Assembly: GCA_947629985.1 (NCBI GenBank)
Contig: CANRFV010000006.1
Coordinates: 29,119-93,118, forward strand
Origin: an uncultured Clostridia bacterium
GTDB taxonomy: Bacteria > Bacillota > Clostridia > Christensenellales > CAG-314
DNA: 64,000 nucleotides
Reading direction: 5' to 3'
Below, one piece after another: positions 44,709 through 53,479 of the stretch. The position numbers and the translations under genes were made by a program. Every line of letters begins with the position of its first letter. Positions within the stretch are counted from its first letter, which is position 1. The notes under the pieces are model-generated. The model saw nothing but the letters and a program-made list of their open reading frames with translations. It was not told the origin of the DNA and searched no databases.

Positions 44709-46309
44709 AAAAATATGTTTCCGTAATTGCCGTAATTATGCTGTGCGTTTTTGTGGCGATGGGCGTTGCGGCTTGCACACCCGATACCGTGCCCGTAGAC
44801 GAATTGGTAGTGTACAATTGGGCGGACTACATTTACGACTACGAAGATGACTTCAAAGAATATTACAAGGATATTACAGGCAGAGAGATAAATGTTACCT
44901 ACGTAACTTTCGACACCAACGAAACAATGCTTACCAAGTTGGTAAACGGCGACGCCAAAGTAGACGTTGTATGTCCCAGCGAGTACGCTATACAAAAGTT
45001 GCTCGAAAGCGACAGTTTGGTAAAACTCGATTACTTTGACGAAGCCGCTTACACAAACAATATGACGATAAACGACAAGTACACGCACAACAGCGGCAAC
45101 GTAGACGCGCACATTCTCGACAAGGTAGACGCAACTTTCGGCAATATCGTTACCAACAGCGGTCAAACGGTAAAAATGTCCGACTATTTTGTTCCCTATA
45201 TGTACGGCACGTTGGGTATTTTGTACAACAAGTACGAGTTTATCGCAAACAACATTTACGACGAGCAAATACTCAACAAAGCCAATTGGGGCATACTGTT
45301 CAACGACGACGGCAGCGGAAATATACTTTCCGAGGCGCTTACGGGCAACATTTTGATGAAGGACAGTATTCGCGACACCTACGCAGCAACTGTATTTTAC
45401 CTTAAAGAGCGCGGTTTGTTGGACGGCAAGTCCACCCCGGACGGCGTTAAGTACACAGATCTCAGCGCAAATCAACTTATCAATCAAGTTGACGATACAA
45501 TTTTGGACTTGTGCCGCGAAGTGCTCACAGATCAAAAAAGTCAACTGTTCGGTTACGAAGTGGACTTCGGCAAGGACGACCTGTTGCAGGGCAACGCCTT
45601 TGTAGACCTTGCTTGGAGCGGCGACGCGTTGTACGCCGTGGAAGAAAGTTGGAACGACGATTTGGGCGAAGAAGGCGACTACGAACTTGCGTATTACGTA
45701 CCCAACGGAGCAGGTAATATCTGGTTTGACGGTTGGGTAGTGCCCGATTGTTGCAATCCCGACCATATGAACGCCATCAAGTTGTTTATCAACTTTCTCA
45801 ATCAGCCGCGCGTAGCCGCCGAAAATATGTTGGAAATCGGTTACACTTCGGCTTTGGATCCGCAAGCGGTTATGGACGACATCGAAGCGCGCAGAGCGCT
45901 TGCCGAAGGCTATGCCGTGTACGCGCCCGAACTGTGGGACGACAACGACAACAAAAACCCGATAAGCGCCGACGACTGCGACTACGACAGTTGGGACGAA
46001 TTCGAAGAATATTTCTTTGCCTATTGCGACGAAATAGACGGCTGCAATTGGCGCTATCCCTTCCTTACCGAGCAAGACGGCAATTACAACCGCGCCTTGG
46101 ACACCTTGGGTGTAATGCGCGATTTCGGCGACAAAAATCACGACGTGGTTACAATGTGGAACTATGCGCGCTCGGCGGGCGTTTCCGCATTGCCCCTGCT
46201 GGGTTGGACGGCGCTGGGCGTTGTGGCTATTGCGCTGATAGTTGCGGCGGCGGTGGGCGTCAAGGCAATCCGCCGCAAGCGCGTAGTAATTCGTTCGGAC
46301 GACAAATAA
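44705..46309 (+). CDS. potD: spermidine/putrescine-binding lipoprotein with an extra C-terminal TM anchor
   Basis: Lipobox GVAAC. LVVYNWADYI PotD-type N-terminus. 534 aa. C-terminal hydrophobic helix LPLLGWTALGVVAIALIVAAAVGV followed by KAIRRKR. Confidence 0.8.
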   Translation: MKKYVSVIAVIMLCVFVAMGVAACTPDTVPVDELVVYNWADYIYDYEDDFKEYYKDITGREINVTYVTFDTNETMLTKLVNGDAKVDVVCPSEYAIQKLLESDSLVKLDYFDEAAYTNNMTINDKYTHNSGNVDAHILDKVDATFGNIVTNSGQTVKMSDYFVPYMYGTLGILYNKYEFIANNIYDEQILNKANWGILFNDDGSGNILSEALTGNILMKDSIRDTYAATVFYLKERGLLDGKSTPDGVKYTDLSANQLINQVDDTILDLCREVLTDQKSQLFGYEVDFGKDDLLQGNAFVDLAWSGDALYAVEESWNDDLGEEGDYELAYYVPNGAGNIWFDGWVVPDCCNPDHMNAIKLFINFLNQPRVAAENMLEIGYTSALDPQAVMDDIEARRALAEGYAVYAPELWDDNDNKNPISADDCDYDSWDEFEEYFFAYCDEIDGCNWRYPFLTEQDGNYNRALDTLGVMRDFGDKNHDVVTMWNYARSAGVSALPLLGWTALGVVAIALIVAAAVGVKAIRRKRVVIRSDDK

Positions 46310-46407
46310 ATTTGCAATTGTTTCAGGCGCAGGTGCGCAGTGTTGTGCTGTGGCATTGCCGCATTTTACGCGCCGCCGCGCATTGACGTTTGCACGCTTT
46401 AACTTAC

Positions 46408-46438
46408 AAGGAAGCAACGACCCGTTGCTTCCTTTTTT
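46408..46438 (+). terminator. intrinsic terminator after potD
   Basis: AAGGAAGCAACG-ACC-CGTTGCTTCCTT followed by TTTT. Confidence 0.85.
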
Positions 46439-46663
46439 GCGCTTTTACCGCGGCGCGGCAATGGTGCAGGCATTTATCGGCAGTTTGCACGGGCAAGTAT
46501 AACTGTTTGTATGTGATTGTTTCCGCGCGTATCGGCGCTTGTAAACGTTTGATATTTTTTTTGTTAAAAATATTTTTTCGGCTTTTGCGGGCGATTTTTG
46601 TCGAAAAAATCGGCTTAATACGCCCGTTCCGCAACTATGTGGGCAAAAACACCGTCAATTGCC

Positions 46664-46692
46664 TTGTGCAAATTGCGTTATTGTGGTACAAT
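46664..46692 (+). promoter_or_regulatory. sigma-A-type promoter of the GH20-pfkA unit
   Basis: TTGTGC, 17-nt spacer, TGgTACAAT (extended -10). Confidence 0.55.
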
Positions 46693-46770
46693 ATACAAGT
46701 AAAAGTGTTTGTATGCACTTTTGCAGACACAAATATAATCCAAAAAACAGCGTGTTTTTACAAGGAAACA

Positions 46771-48330
46771 ATGAAAATATTACCCAACCCGCAACAATCG
46801 GAAAACATTTCCGGTAATTTCGAAATAGATAGTAATACCAAAATTTACAGCGACAGTCAGTTTGTCGAGCAGGCGCAGCGCTTTGCCGATTTGGTATTTG
46901 CCTGCTGTGAATTTCGCTTGCAGTTTACCGACGTAATAGAAGAAGCGCACATAATTTTCAACTTCGGCGAGCAGTTTGACAAGGAAGAATACGTAATTAT
47001 GATAGCGCAAGGCGTGGCAACCGTTACAAGTTCCACAAACGAAGGCTGTTTTTATGCGGTGGAATCCTTGCGGCAAATTTTCAATCTGGACATTCCGCAA
47101 ACCACCGTTCAATGCGCCAATTGCTATGTCGAGGACCGTCCCAAATACGGTTATCGCGGGCTGTTGTTGGACGTGTGCAGGCATTTCTTCGACGTAGATA
47201 CCGTCAAGCAAATAATCGACCTTATGTCGCAGGTAAAGTTGAACAAACTGCACTTGCATTTGTCGGACGATCAAGGTTTTCGCGTGCAAATAGACAAATA
47301 TCCCCTGCTTACCGAAATAGGCAGCGTGCGTTACGGCACCGAAGTTGTGCAGGACGGCAAGCGTTTTGTGGACGAGTGCGAATACGGCGGCTACTACACC
47401 AAGGACGACATTGCCGAATTGGTGCGTTATGCCGAAGCGCACAACGTGGACATAATTCCCGAAATAGACGTTCCGGGGCATTTTGTGGCGGCGTTGGCGG
47501 CGTATCCGCAGTTCAGTTGCACTCAGCAGGTGGCGGAAGTGCGCAAAACCTGGGGCATATCCAAGGATATTTTGTGCGCCGGTAACGACGGCAGTTTGGC
47601 GTTTGTTTGCGACATTTTGGACGAAATTTGCGCAATGTTCCCGTCGCAGTACGTGCATTTGGGCGGCGACGAAGCGCCCAAGGACAGATGGTGCAACTGC
47701 AAACTCTGCCGCGAAAAGATGGCGGATCTCAAACTGAACGACTACGACGAACTTCAAACGTATTTTGTAGAGCAGTTGCGCAAATATCTGGAACAAAAAG
47801 GTAAAACGGTAATTTGCTTTAACGACGGCATTACGGGCAGCACGTCGGACGCGGTAATCAGTCAGGTGTGGAAACCCGCTTCGCGCAGACGTTCGGCACG
47901 TCAGGCAAATCAGGGCAGAAAAATTATTTTGTCGCCCTATTTCAGTTGTTATTTCGACATGCCCTATGCGCTTGTGCCGCTTAACAAAACGCTTTGGCTC
48001 AACCCGACAAAGGGCGTTCACATATCCGCGCAGGACAACATTATGGGTGTAGAAGGCTGTATGTGGACGGAATATGTGGCGGACAGGGACAAATTGTTCT
48101 TCAATTTGCTGCCGCGTTTGGACGCATTGGCGGAATGTGCCTGGGGACACCCCAAAAACAACTTTAACAAACGCGTCAAACGGCGTTTTGCCCTGTACGA
48201 CAGGCTTAACTTGCGTTACAATGCCAAGGCATTAAACCCCACAGTGTGGGGCAGAGTAAGCACGATAAAAAGGTTTTTCCGCAAGGACGCCAATGTGGAA
48301 CTTAACGCCGACAAAAAGACGAAAGAATAG
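46771..48330 (+). CDS. GH20 beta-N-acetylhexosaminidase
   Basis: HLHLSDDQGFR and VHLGGDE motifs. No signal peptide seen. Start trimmed to ATG 46771 behind AAGGAAA. Confidence 0.88.
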   Translation: MKILPNPQQSENISGNFEIDSNTKIYSDSQFVEQAQRFADLVFACCEFRLQFTDVIEEAHIIFNFGEQFDKEEYVIMIAQGVATVTSSTNEGCFYAVESLRQIFNLDIPQTTVQCANCYVEDRPKYGYRGLLLDVCRHFFDVDTVKQIIDLMSQVKLNKLHLHLSDDQGFRVQIDKYPLLTEIGSVRYGTEVVQDGKRFVDECEYGGYYTKDDIAELVRYAEAHNVDIIPEIDVPGHFVAALAAYPQFSCTQQVAEVRKTWGISKDILCAGNDGSLAFVCDILDEICAMFPSQYVHLGGDEAPKDRWCNCKLCREKMADLKLNDYDELQTYFVEQLRKYLEQKGKTVICFNDGITGSTSDAVISQVWKPASRRRSARQANQGRKIILSPYFSCYFDMPYALVPLNKTLWLNPTKGVHISAQDNIMGVEGCMWTEYVADRDKLFFNLLPRLDALAECAWGHPKNNFNKRVKRRFALYDRLNLRYNAKALNPTVWGRVSTIKRFFRKDANVELNADKKTKE

Positions 48331-48339
48331 GAGTACGTT

Positions 48340-49332
48340 ATGAAAAAAATTGCGGTTTTAACAAGCGGCGGCGATTCGCAAGGTATGAATGCCGCGATAT
48401 ACGCCACGGTAAATTACGGTTTAAGCAACGGTTTGGATGTGTACGGTATAGCGGACGGCTATCAGGGTTTGATCGACGGCAACGTAATACATTACACTCG
48501 TCCGATAGGCAACATTTCGCATTTGGGCGGCACAGTGCTGGGCACGGCGCGCTGTCCCGATATGCGCACGACGCAAGGTCAGCAAAAAGCCGTACAAACA
48601 TTGCGTACGCACGGCATCGAGGGCTTGGTGGTAATAGGCGGCGACGGCAGTTTTAACGGCGCCAAAGTGCTGTCCACGCAGTACGGAATCAAAACGGTGG
48701 GCATTCCCGGCACTATCGACAACGACCTTGCCTATACCGACTTTACGTTGGGCTTCGACAGCGCAACCGCGGTTGTTGCGGACGCCGTAAACCAACTGCG
48801 CGACACAATGAGTTGCAACAAGCGCACCTGCGTTGTGGAAGTTATGGGGCGCGATTGCGGCGACATCGCACTGTACGCGGGCATAGCGTGCGGCGCGGAC
48901 GTGATACTTGTGCCGGAAGTGGGGTTTGACGCCGACAAAGTGGTAGCCCGTTTGCAGCACAACGCGCAATGCGGCAAGTTCGACAATATAATTATCGTTG
49001 CCGAAGGCATACGCTCGGACGGCACGTTGGACAAGGGACACGAAGCCGACAAAGTAATGGCGGCAATAGTGGACAAAATGCCCGACATCAACATTCGCAC
49101 AATGGTGCTGGGACACTTGCAACGCAGCGGCAACGCCACCTTGCAGGACCGTTTGCTGGGCATAAATATGGGCATACACGCCGTAGAATGTCTTGTAAGC
49201 GGCAAAACCGACCGCGTAATAGGCGTGCGCAACAACCAAATAATAGACGAAGATATAGTAGAAGCGCTTGCCAAAACCAAACGTTTCAACGACAAACTGT
49301 ACGCTCAGGCGCAAGCGCTTACCGCTTTTTAA
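48340..49332 (+). CDS. pfkA: ATP-dependent 6-phosphofructokinase
   Basis: MKKIAVLTSGGDSQGMNAAI, IGGDGS, PGTIDND and MGRDCGDIAL motifs. Confidence 0.95.
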   Translation: MKKIAVLTSGGDSQGMNAAIYATVNYGLSNGLDVYGIADGYQGLIDGNVIHYTRPIGNISHLGGTVLGTARCPDMRTTQGQQKAVQTLRTHGIEGLVVIGGDGSFNGAKVLSTQYGIKTVGIPGTIDNDLAYTDFTLGFDSATAVVADAVNQLRDTMSCNKRTCVVEVMGRDCGDIALYAGIACGADVILVPEVGFDADKVVARLQHNAQCGKFDNIIIVAEGIRSDGTLDKGHEADKVMAAIVDKMPDINIRTMVLGHLQRSGNATLQDRLLGINMGIHAVECLVSGKTDRVIGVRNNQIIDEDIVEALAKTKRFNDKLYAQAQALTAF

Positions 49333-49416
49333 GGGCGCTGCGGACGGCAATTTTGTTGCGGCGGCACTCGGGCAGTTTGTACAATTCCGCTGCTTGATTG
49401 CGTTTTTCGCGGCGCG

Positions 49417-49660
49417 ATTGACGTTTTGTCGTTGCGGAAAACTTGCTTAACAATATCACATAGCGTAAAAACGGGCACGGCAACATATTGTCGTGCTTTT
49501 TCGCAGTCTTTTTGCGTGTCGTTTGATGTTTTACGGTGTAATTGACGCCTTTTGTCGTTGCGGAAAACTTGCTTAACAATATCACATAGCGTAATAACGT
49601 GCACGGCAACATATTGTCGTGCTTTTTCGCAGTCTTTTTGCGTGTCGTTTGATGTTTTAC
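49417..49660 (+). repeat. tandem duplication, 2 x about 124 bp, each copy carrying a terminator-like hairpin
   Basis: Copy 1 starts at 49417 and copy 2 at 49541. They differ by a 2-nt indel and two substitutions over about 118 nt. Hairpins GCACGGCAA-CATA-TTGTCGTGC plus TTTTT lie at 49475-49502 and 49601-49626. Confidence 0.9.
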
Positions 49661-49757
49661 CCGGGTTTGCAATTTGCAATCGGTCGGTTGTAATCTGATA
49701 CACGGTGCGGCGCCGCCTGTCGCTGTATGTTCGGGTGTAAAAATATGCGCAAAACAG

Positions 49758-49786
49758 TTGCATTTAATGCGCCGGGGTGTTACAAT
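49758..49786 (+). promoter_or_regulatory. sigma-A-type promoter driving the FMN riboswitch-ribU unit
   Basis: TTGCAT, 17-nt spacer, TACAAT, about 30 nt upstream of the aptamer. Confidence 0.6.
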
Positions 49787-49815
49787 AATACCGTCGAAAG
49801 ACAAATAACAATATT

Positions 49816-49933
49816 ATTCTTTGGGGCGTGGTGCAATTCCACACCGATAGTACAGCCTATGAACGCAACTTAACGGTTGCGCCGATCGGGTGAAACTCCC
49901 GAGCCGACGGTATAGTCCGGATGAGAAAAGAAT
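49816..49933 (+). promoter_or_regulatory. FMN riboswitch (RFN element) aptamer
   Basis: CTTTGGGGCGTGGTGCAATTCCACACCGATAGT ... GGTGAAACTCCCGAGCCGACGGTATAGTCCGGATGAGAAAAGAAT matches the RFN consensus (GGGGCAGGGTGAAATTCCC.ACCGGCGGT ... GCCGACAGTATAGTCTGGATG.GAGAAGA). P1 pairs ATTCTTT with AAAGAAT. Confidence 0.92.
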
Positions 49934-49964
49934 CAGCAATATTTTCAATAATGGAAATTGGTCA

Positions 49965-49996
49965 GCCCCCGAAGCGTTACGTCGGGGGTTTTCTTT
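49965..49996 (+). terminator. riboswitch expression-platform terminator
   Basis: CCCCCGA-AGCGTTACG-TCGGGGG followed by TTTTCTTTG, 40 nt before the ribU start. Confidence 0.8.
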
Positions 49997-50035
49997 GTTC
50001 AAAGCGCGTTTCAAAGGCAATTCGGAGGTATTTTT

Positions 50036-50971
50036 ATGTTTAATGTACTTTTGGGTGCCGACACACTCAATTCCACTGCTCGCACGCTGTTGTATTGCGC
50101 GTTGGGTATACTCGGCGCACTTGCGATAGTTGTTGCGGTGTACTTTATCGTACGTCATTACAAAGCCAAACAGCCGCGTATCAATGTAAAACGTACGCCA
50201 AAGCAAACGGCGTTCAAGTCCCTCATATACTTGTTGCACGTCAGTTTGTTTTCCGCAATTGCGGTAGTGTTGCTTTACTTGGAGTTTCCGTTGTTCCCTG
50301 CGGTGTCCCATCTAAAAATGAACTTTTCCGACGCGCCCTGCTTGCTTGCGGCATTTATGTACGGACCGATTACGGGCGTAGTGGTCAATTTTTTCAAAGT
50401 GGGCGTGTGCCTGTTGCTAAGGGGCACAAGTACGGGCTATGTGGGCGATTTGTCCAACCTGATCAGCGGTACGCTGTATGCGTTTGCGGCGGGCGGCATT
50501 TACTTGCTAAGGCGCACAAAGGGCGGCGCGGTACTTTCTCTCGGAGTTAGCAGCGCGATCTTCTGCGTGGCGATGTGGTTTTGCAATCAATGGTTTTTGC
50601 TGCCTTTCTATGGCATTACCGATCACGCCACGATGATGCCTATGTTGTGGTGGACGTTGCTGTTTAACGTTATAAAGACGGTTTTAACGTCGCTTATTAC
50701 ATTTTTTGTATACAAACCGTTGTCTCGCGCGTTGCATTGGGATTTCGGCAAAAAACAAAAGGTTGCCGTGCCTGCTGCAGACGGCGCAAGCGCCCCCGTT
50801 GTAACTGCAACTGACGGCGCAAACGTTCAATTGTCGTCTGTCGGCGGCGATACAAGCGTCCTTTGTGCCCACAACGACGACGGTACGGGCGCACAATCGG
50901 GCGATGACGGCGGCTGCGATATAGACAACGCCGCGCCGAGCGACAGTGCCGACGACAGCCGTCGCATATAA
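50036..50971 (+). CDS. ribU: ECF-transporter S component for riboflavin (RibU-like) with N- and C-terminal extensions
   Basis: LEFPLFPAVSHLKMNFSDAPCLLAAFMYGP resembles the RibU LQFPLLP..F.K.ELS..P.L.. region. It sits downstream of the FMN riboswitch. 311 aa including an acidic/Gly-rich tail of about 90 aa. ATG 50036 behind GGAGG. Confidence 0.8.
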   Translation: MFNVLLGADTLNSTARTLLYCALGILGALAIVVAVYFIVRHYKAKQPRINVKRTPKQTAFKSLIYLLHVSLFSAIAVVLLYLEFPLFPAVSHLKMNFSDAPCLLAAFMYGPITGVVVNFFKVGVCLLLRGTSTGYVGDLSNLISGTLYAFAAGGIYLLRRTKGGAVLSLGVSSAIFCVAMWFCNQWFLLPFYGITDHATMMPMLWWTLLFNVIKTVLTSLITFFVYKPLSRALHWDFGKKQKVAVPAADGASAPVVTATDGANVQLSSVGGDTSVLCAHNDDGTGAQSGDDGGCDIDNAAPSDSADDSRRI

Positions 50972-51002
50972 CAACGTTTTATTTGCACAATACAATCTTC
51001 TG

Positions 51003-51038
51003 TTTGCCGCATTTGCAACCGCATTTGCGGCAAATTTT
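51003..51038 (+). terminator. probable terminator after ribU
   Basis: TTTGCCGCA...TGCGGCAAA followed by TTTT. Confidence 0.5.
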
Positions 51039-51286
51039 GCAATTGGACAACACTGCCGTTACCTTAAAACAGTGCTTAGCACAATAGTCAAGTGTTGACA
51101 CGCGTCTGATTAGCTGAACTCAATCATAAATAAATAATTTGCTTTACTTATTGCGCTTAATTAACTAAAAGGGGCAAAGCGGTTATATCTGATTAAAAGA
51201 TTGTCGTAGTTGCGGCAATCTTTTTTGTGGTTTGGGACGGGCTGAGACAGGCGTATGTACTTTTTGTGCGCGGCAGTCGCTATCCC

Positions 51287-51315
51287 TTGCCAATCGCGCA
51301 AATGTGTATTATAAT
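51287..51315 (+). promoter_or_regulatory. sigma-A-type promoter of tsaE-tsaB-rimI
   Basis: TTGCCA, 17-nt spacer, TATAAT. Confidence 0.6.
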
Positions 51316-51338
51316 ATAATTACACAAGGGGACAAGCA

Positions 51339-51764
51339 ATGGTCATTTGTCAACAAATTACTCATTCGGCGCAACAAACTCAGCAATTTGCACAACAATT
51401 TGCGCAAACTTTGCACGGGGGCGACGTAATATTGCTAAAAGGCGATTTGGGCGCGGGCAAAACGCACTTTGCCAAGGGATTGGCGGCAGGTTTGGGCGTG
51501 GACGACACCGTTACAAGCCCTACGTTTGCGTTGCACAACAGTTATCAAGGCAGGCTTACGTTCAATCACTTCGATTTTTACCGCATAGACAGCAGCGAAG
51601 AAGTCGAGTTGTTGGGTCTTGACGAGTTTTTTTACGATCGCAACGCTGTGTGCGCAATCGAGTGGAGCGAGCGCGTGGCGGATCTGTTGCCACAACACGC
51701 AATTACCGTTACGATAGACAAATTGGATGGCGACGGCAGGCAAATAACCGTCGAACGCAACTGA
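51339..51764 (+). CDS. tsaE: tRNA t6A37 biosynthesis ATPase TsaE
   Basis: [14 protein letters not shown]-loop and SPTFAL motif; 141 aa. Confidence 0.9.
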   Translation: MVICQQITHSAQQTQQFAQQFAQTLHGGDVILLKGDLGAGKTHFAKGLAAGLGVDDTVTSPTFALHNSYQGRLTFNHFDFYRIDSSEEVELLGLDEFFYDRNAVCAIEWSERVADLLPQHAITVTIDKLDGDGRQITVERN

Positions 51765-51767
51765 AAT

Positions 51768-52340
51768 ATGAACATACTTTACATAGACACAACAACGCCC
51801 GATTTGATAGCGGCGGTAATACGCGACGGCAGCGTAACAGACGTAACCGAGCGCGCGGCAGGCGTACATCACAGCGAGCGGCTGTGCGGCGCCGTGGCGC
51901 AAGCGTTAAAATGCGCGCAAATAACCTTTGCCGATCTGGACGCGTACGCTTGCGCGATCGGTCCGGGCAGTTTTACGGGTATTCGCATAGGGATTTCCAC
52001 CGTAAAGGGGTATTGCGCCGCGGTAAAACGCCCGTATATCGCCGTCAATTGTTTGCAGGCGATAGCGATTTCGCGTCGGTGCGGTAGCACGGGCAAGGCA
52101 GTAATAGACGCCGGCAACGGATACTATTTTGCCGATTACAACAGCGGCATTGCCCCCTGTCTTGTGCAGTACGGCGATGACAGGGCAACGGGCGCGGGCA
52201 GTGCAAGCGGCGCGGCAGATTACTTTGACGGCGCTGTAGAACTTGTGCGCGCACAATTTGCCGCAGGCAGTTTCGATACCGAACTAAAACCGATGTATAT
52301 CAGGCGCAGTCAGGCGGAGGACAACTTGCATGGTAACTAA
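51768..52340 (+). CDS. tsaB: tRNA t6A37 biosynthesis protein TsaB
   Basis: MNILYIDTTT...AIGPGSFTGIRIGISTVKG. Short form (190 aa). Confidence 0.85.
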   Translation: MNILYIDTTTPDLIAAVIRDGSVTDVTERAAGVHHSERLCGAVAQALKCAQITFADLDAYACAIGPGSFTGIRIGISTVKGYCAAVKRPYIAVNCLQAIAISRRCGSTGKAVIDAGNGYYFADYNSGIAPCLVQYGDDRATGAGSASGAADYFDGAVELVRAQFAAGSFDTELKPMYIRRSQAEDNLHGN

Positions 52341-52800
52341 AACGGAATTTTCAATGCAAAATGTGTTTCAACTTGCCAACATCGAAAAGGCGTGTTTCGG
52401 CAAAGACGCCTGGACGATAAACAATCTGGTAAGCGAGTTTCACAACGAATTTTCGCATTTCTTTTCGTATTGGGACGGCGACAAAATAGTGGGGTACGCG
52501 TGCGTGCGCATTATGTACGAAGAGGCGCAAATCTGCAACGTGGCGGTTTTGCCGCAGTACAGGCGCAGGGGAATTGCCACGCAGTTGCTAAGCGCCGTTG
52601 GCGATTTTGCCAAGGACTGCGGTTGCGAGCGGTGCGAACTCGAAGTAAACACAGCCAACACGCCCGCCGTGCAACTTTATGCCAAATGCAACTATGCGGT
52701 AGAAGGCACGCGCGTCAATTTTTATCGCAAAAGTCGTTACCCTTCGCGCGACGCGTATACAATGGTATTGCGCCTGTCCGACGAACCTGCCGAGCAGTAG
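52330..52800 (+). CDS. rimI: ribosomal-protein-alanine N-acetyltransferase (GNAT)
   Basis: GNAT motif A QYRRRGIATQLL. Position after tsaB. The start could instead be ATG 52354. Confidence 0.8.
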   Translation: MVTKTEFSMQNVFQLANIEKACFGKDAWTINNLVSEFHNEFSHFFSYWDGDKIVGYACVRIMYEEAQICNVAVLPQYRRRGIATQLLSAVGDFAKDCGCERCELEVNTANTPAVQLYAKCNYAVEGTRVNFYRKSRYPSRDAYTMVLRLSDEPAEQ

Positions 52801-53104
52801 TGCGTCGTAATAGTACCAACAGCCGTCTGATAAACCCGAGCATGGATTGTTAAACGAGGTGGCGTTTTGTAAATTTTTTCGGTATATACGCCGTCTATCA
52901 GACAGTTACAACGCCGCGCCGTTTTGCGTGATCGCGCTTGATTTTGCGCCGCAATAATGACAATCGCGCAGGGACGATTTGTCTGTTTTCAAACAGTTTA
53001 CGCCGACAAAACGTAATTTCGGTATTCGCTCGCGTTGCGGAGTTTAATAAATTCCCGGCGGAATTCCCCTTATATCAGGTGCAACGAACAAGCGCACAAG
53101 GACA

Positions 53105-53165
53105 CTTGTTTTTCGTTTATTTACTCGCAAAATGACGCCTTGCTTTTTGTTTATTTACTCACAAA
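53105..53165 (+). repeat. two 27-nt direct repeats 34 nt apart in a gene-free tract
   Basis: CTTGTTTTTCGTTTATTTACTCGCAAA and CTTGCTTTTTGTTTATTTACTCACAAA. Confidence 0.7.
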
Positions 53166-53186
53166 CAGTTAATATACAACATATCG

Positions 53187-53215
53187 ATGCGTTCTGTGCA
53201 GAACGCATTTTTTTG
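53187..53215 (+). terminator. intrinsic terminator about 390 nt downstream of rimI
   Basis: ATGCGTTC-TGTG-CAGAACGCAT followed by TTTTTTT. Confidence 0.7.
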
Positions 53216-53479
53216 CAACTATAACTTGTTTTTGCGCCGATAGGAGGCATTTTACTGTTTTTTTCTTGCTATCAATACGCGCCGCGGCGGTGCAATATCG
53301 CTGTGGTTTGCCGCTATGCACCGGGTAAAACCGTGATTTTATATCGATTACTATACAAACCGCCGAAATGTATAATACTATGTTACGCATAGTATGTATA
53401 TTTTACACTTTTCGGGCGATATTTGCCCAAGTTTTGCGCTTTGATACACAATCTGTAAAATTCTGTCATACAATACATC

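Noticed and set aside
49319-49804. 161-aa minus-strand ORF with an internally repeated peptide (KHQTTRKKTAKKHDNMLPC...)
   Set aside because: The peptide repeat simply mirrors the 124-bp tandem DNA duplication. There is no RBS, and the frame runs through terminator hairpins.
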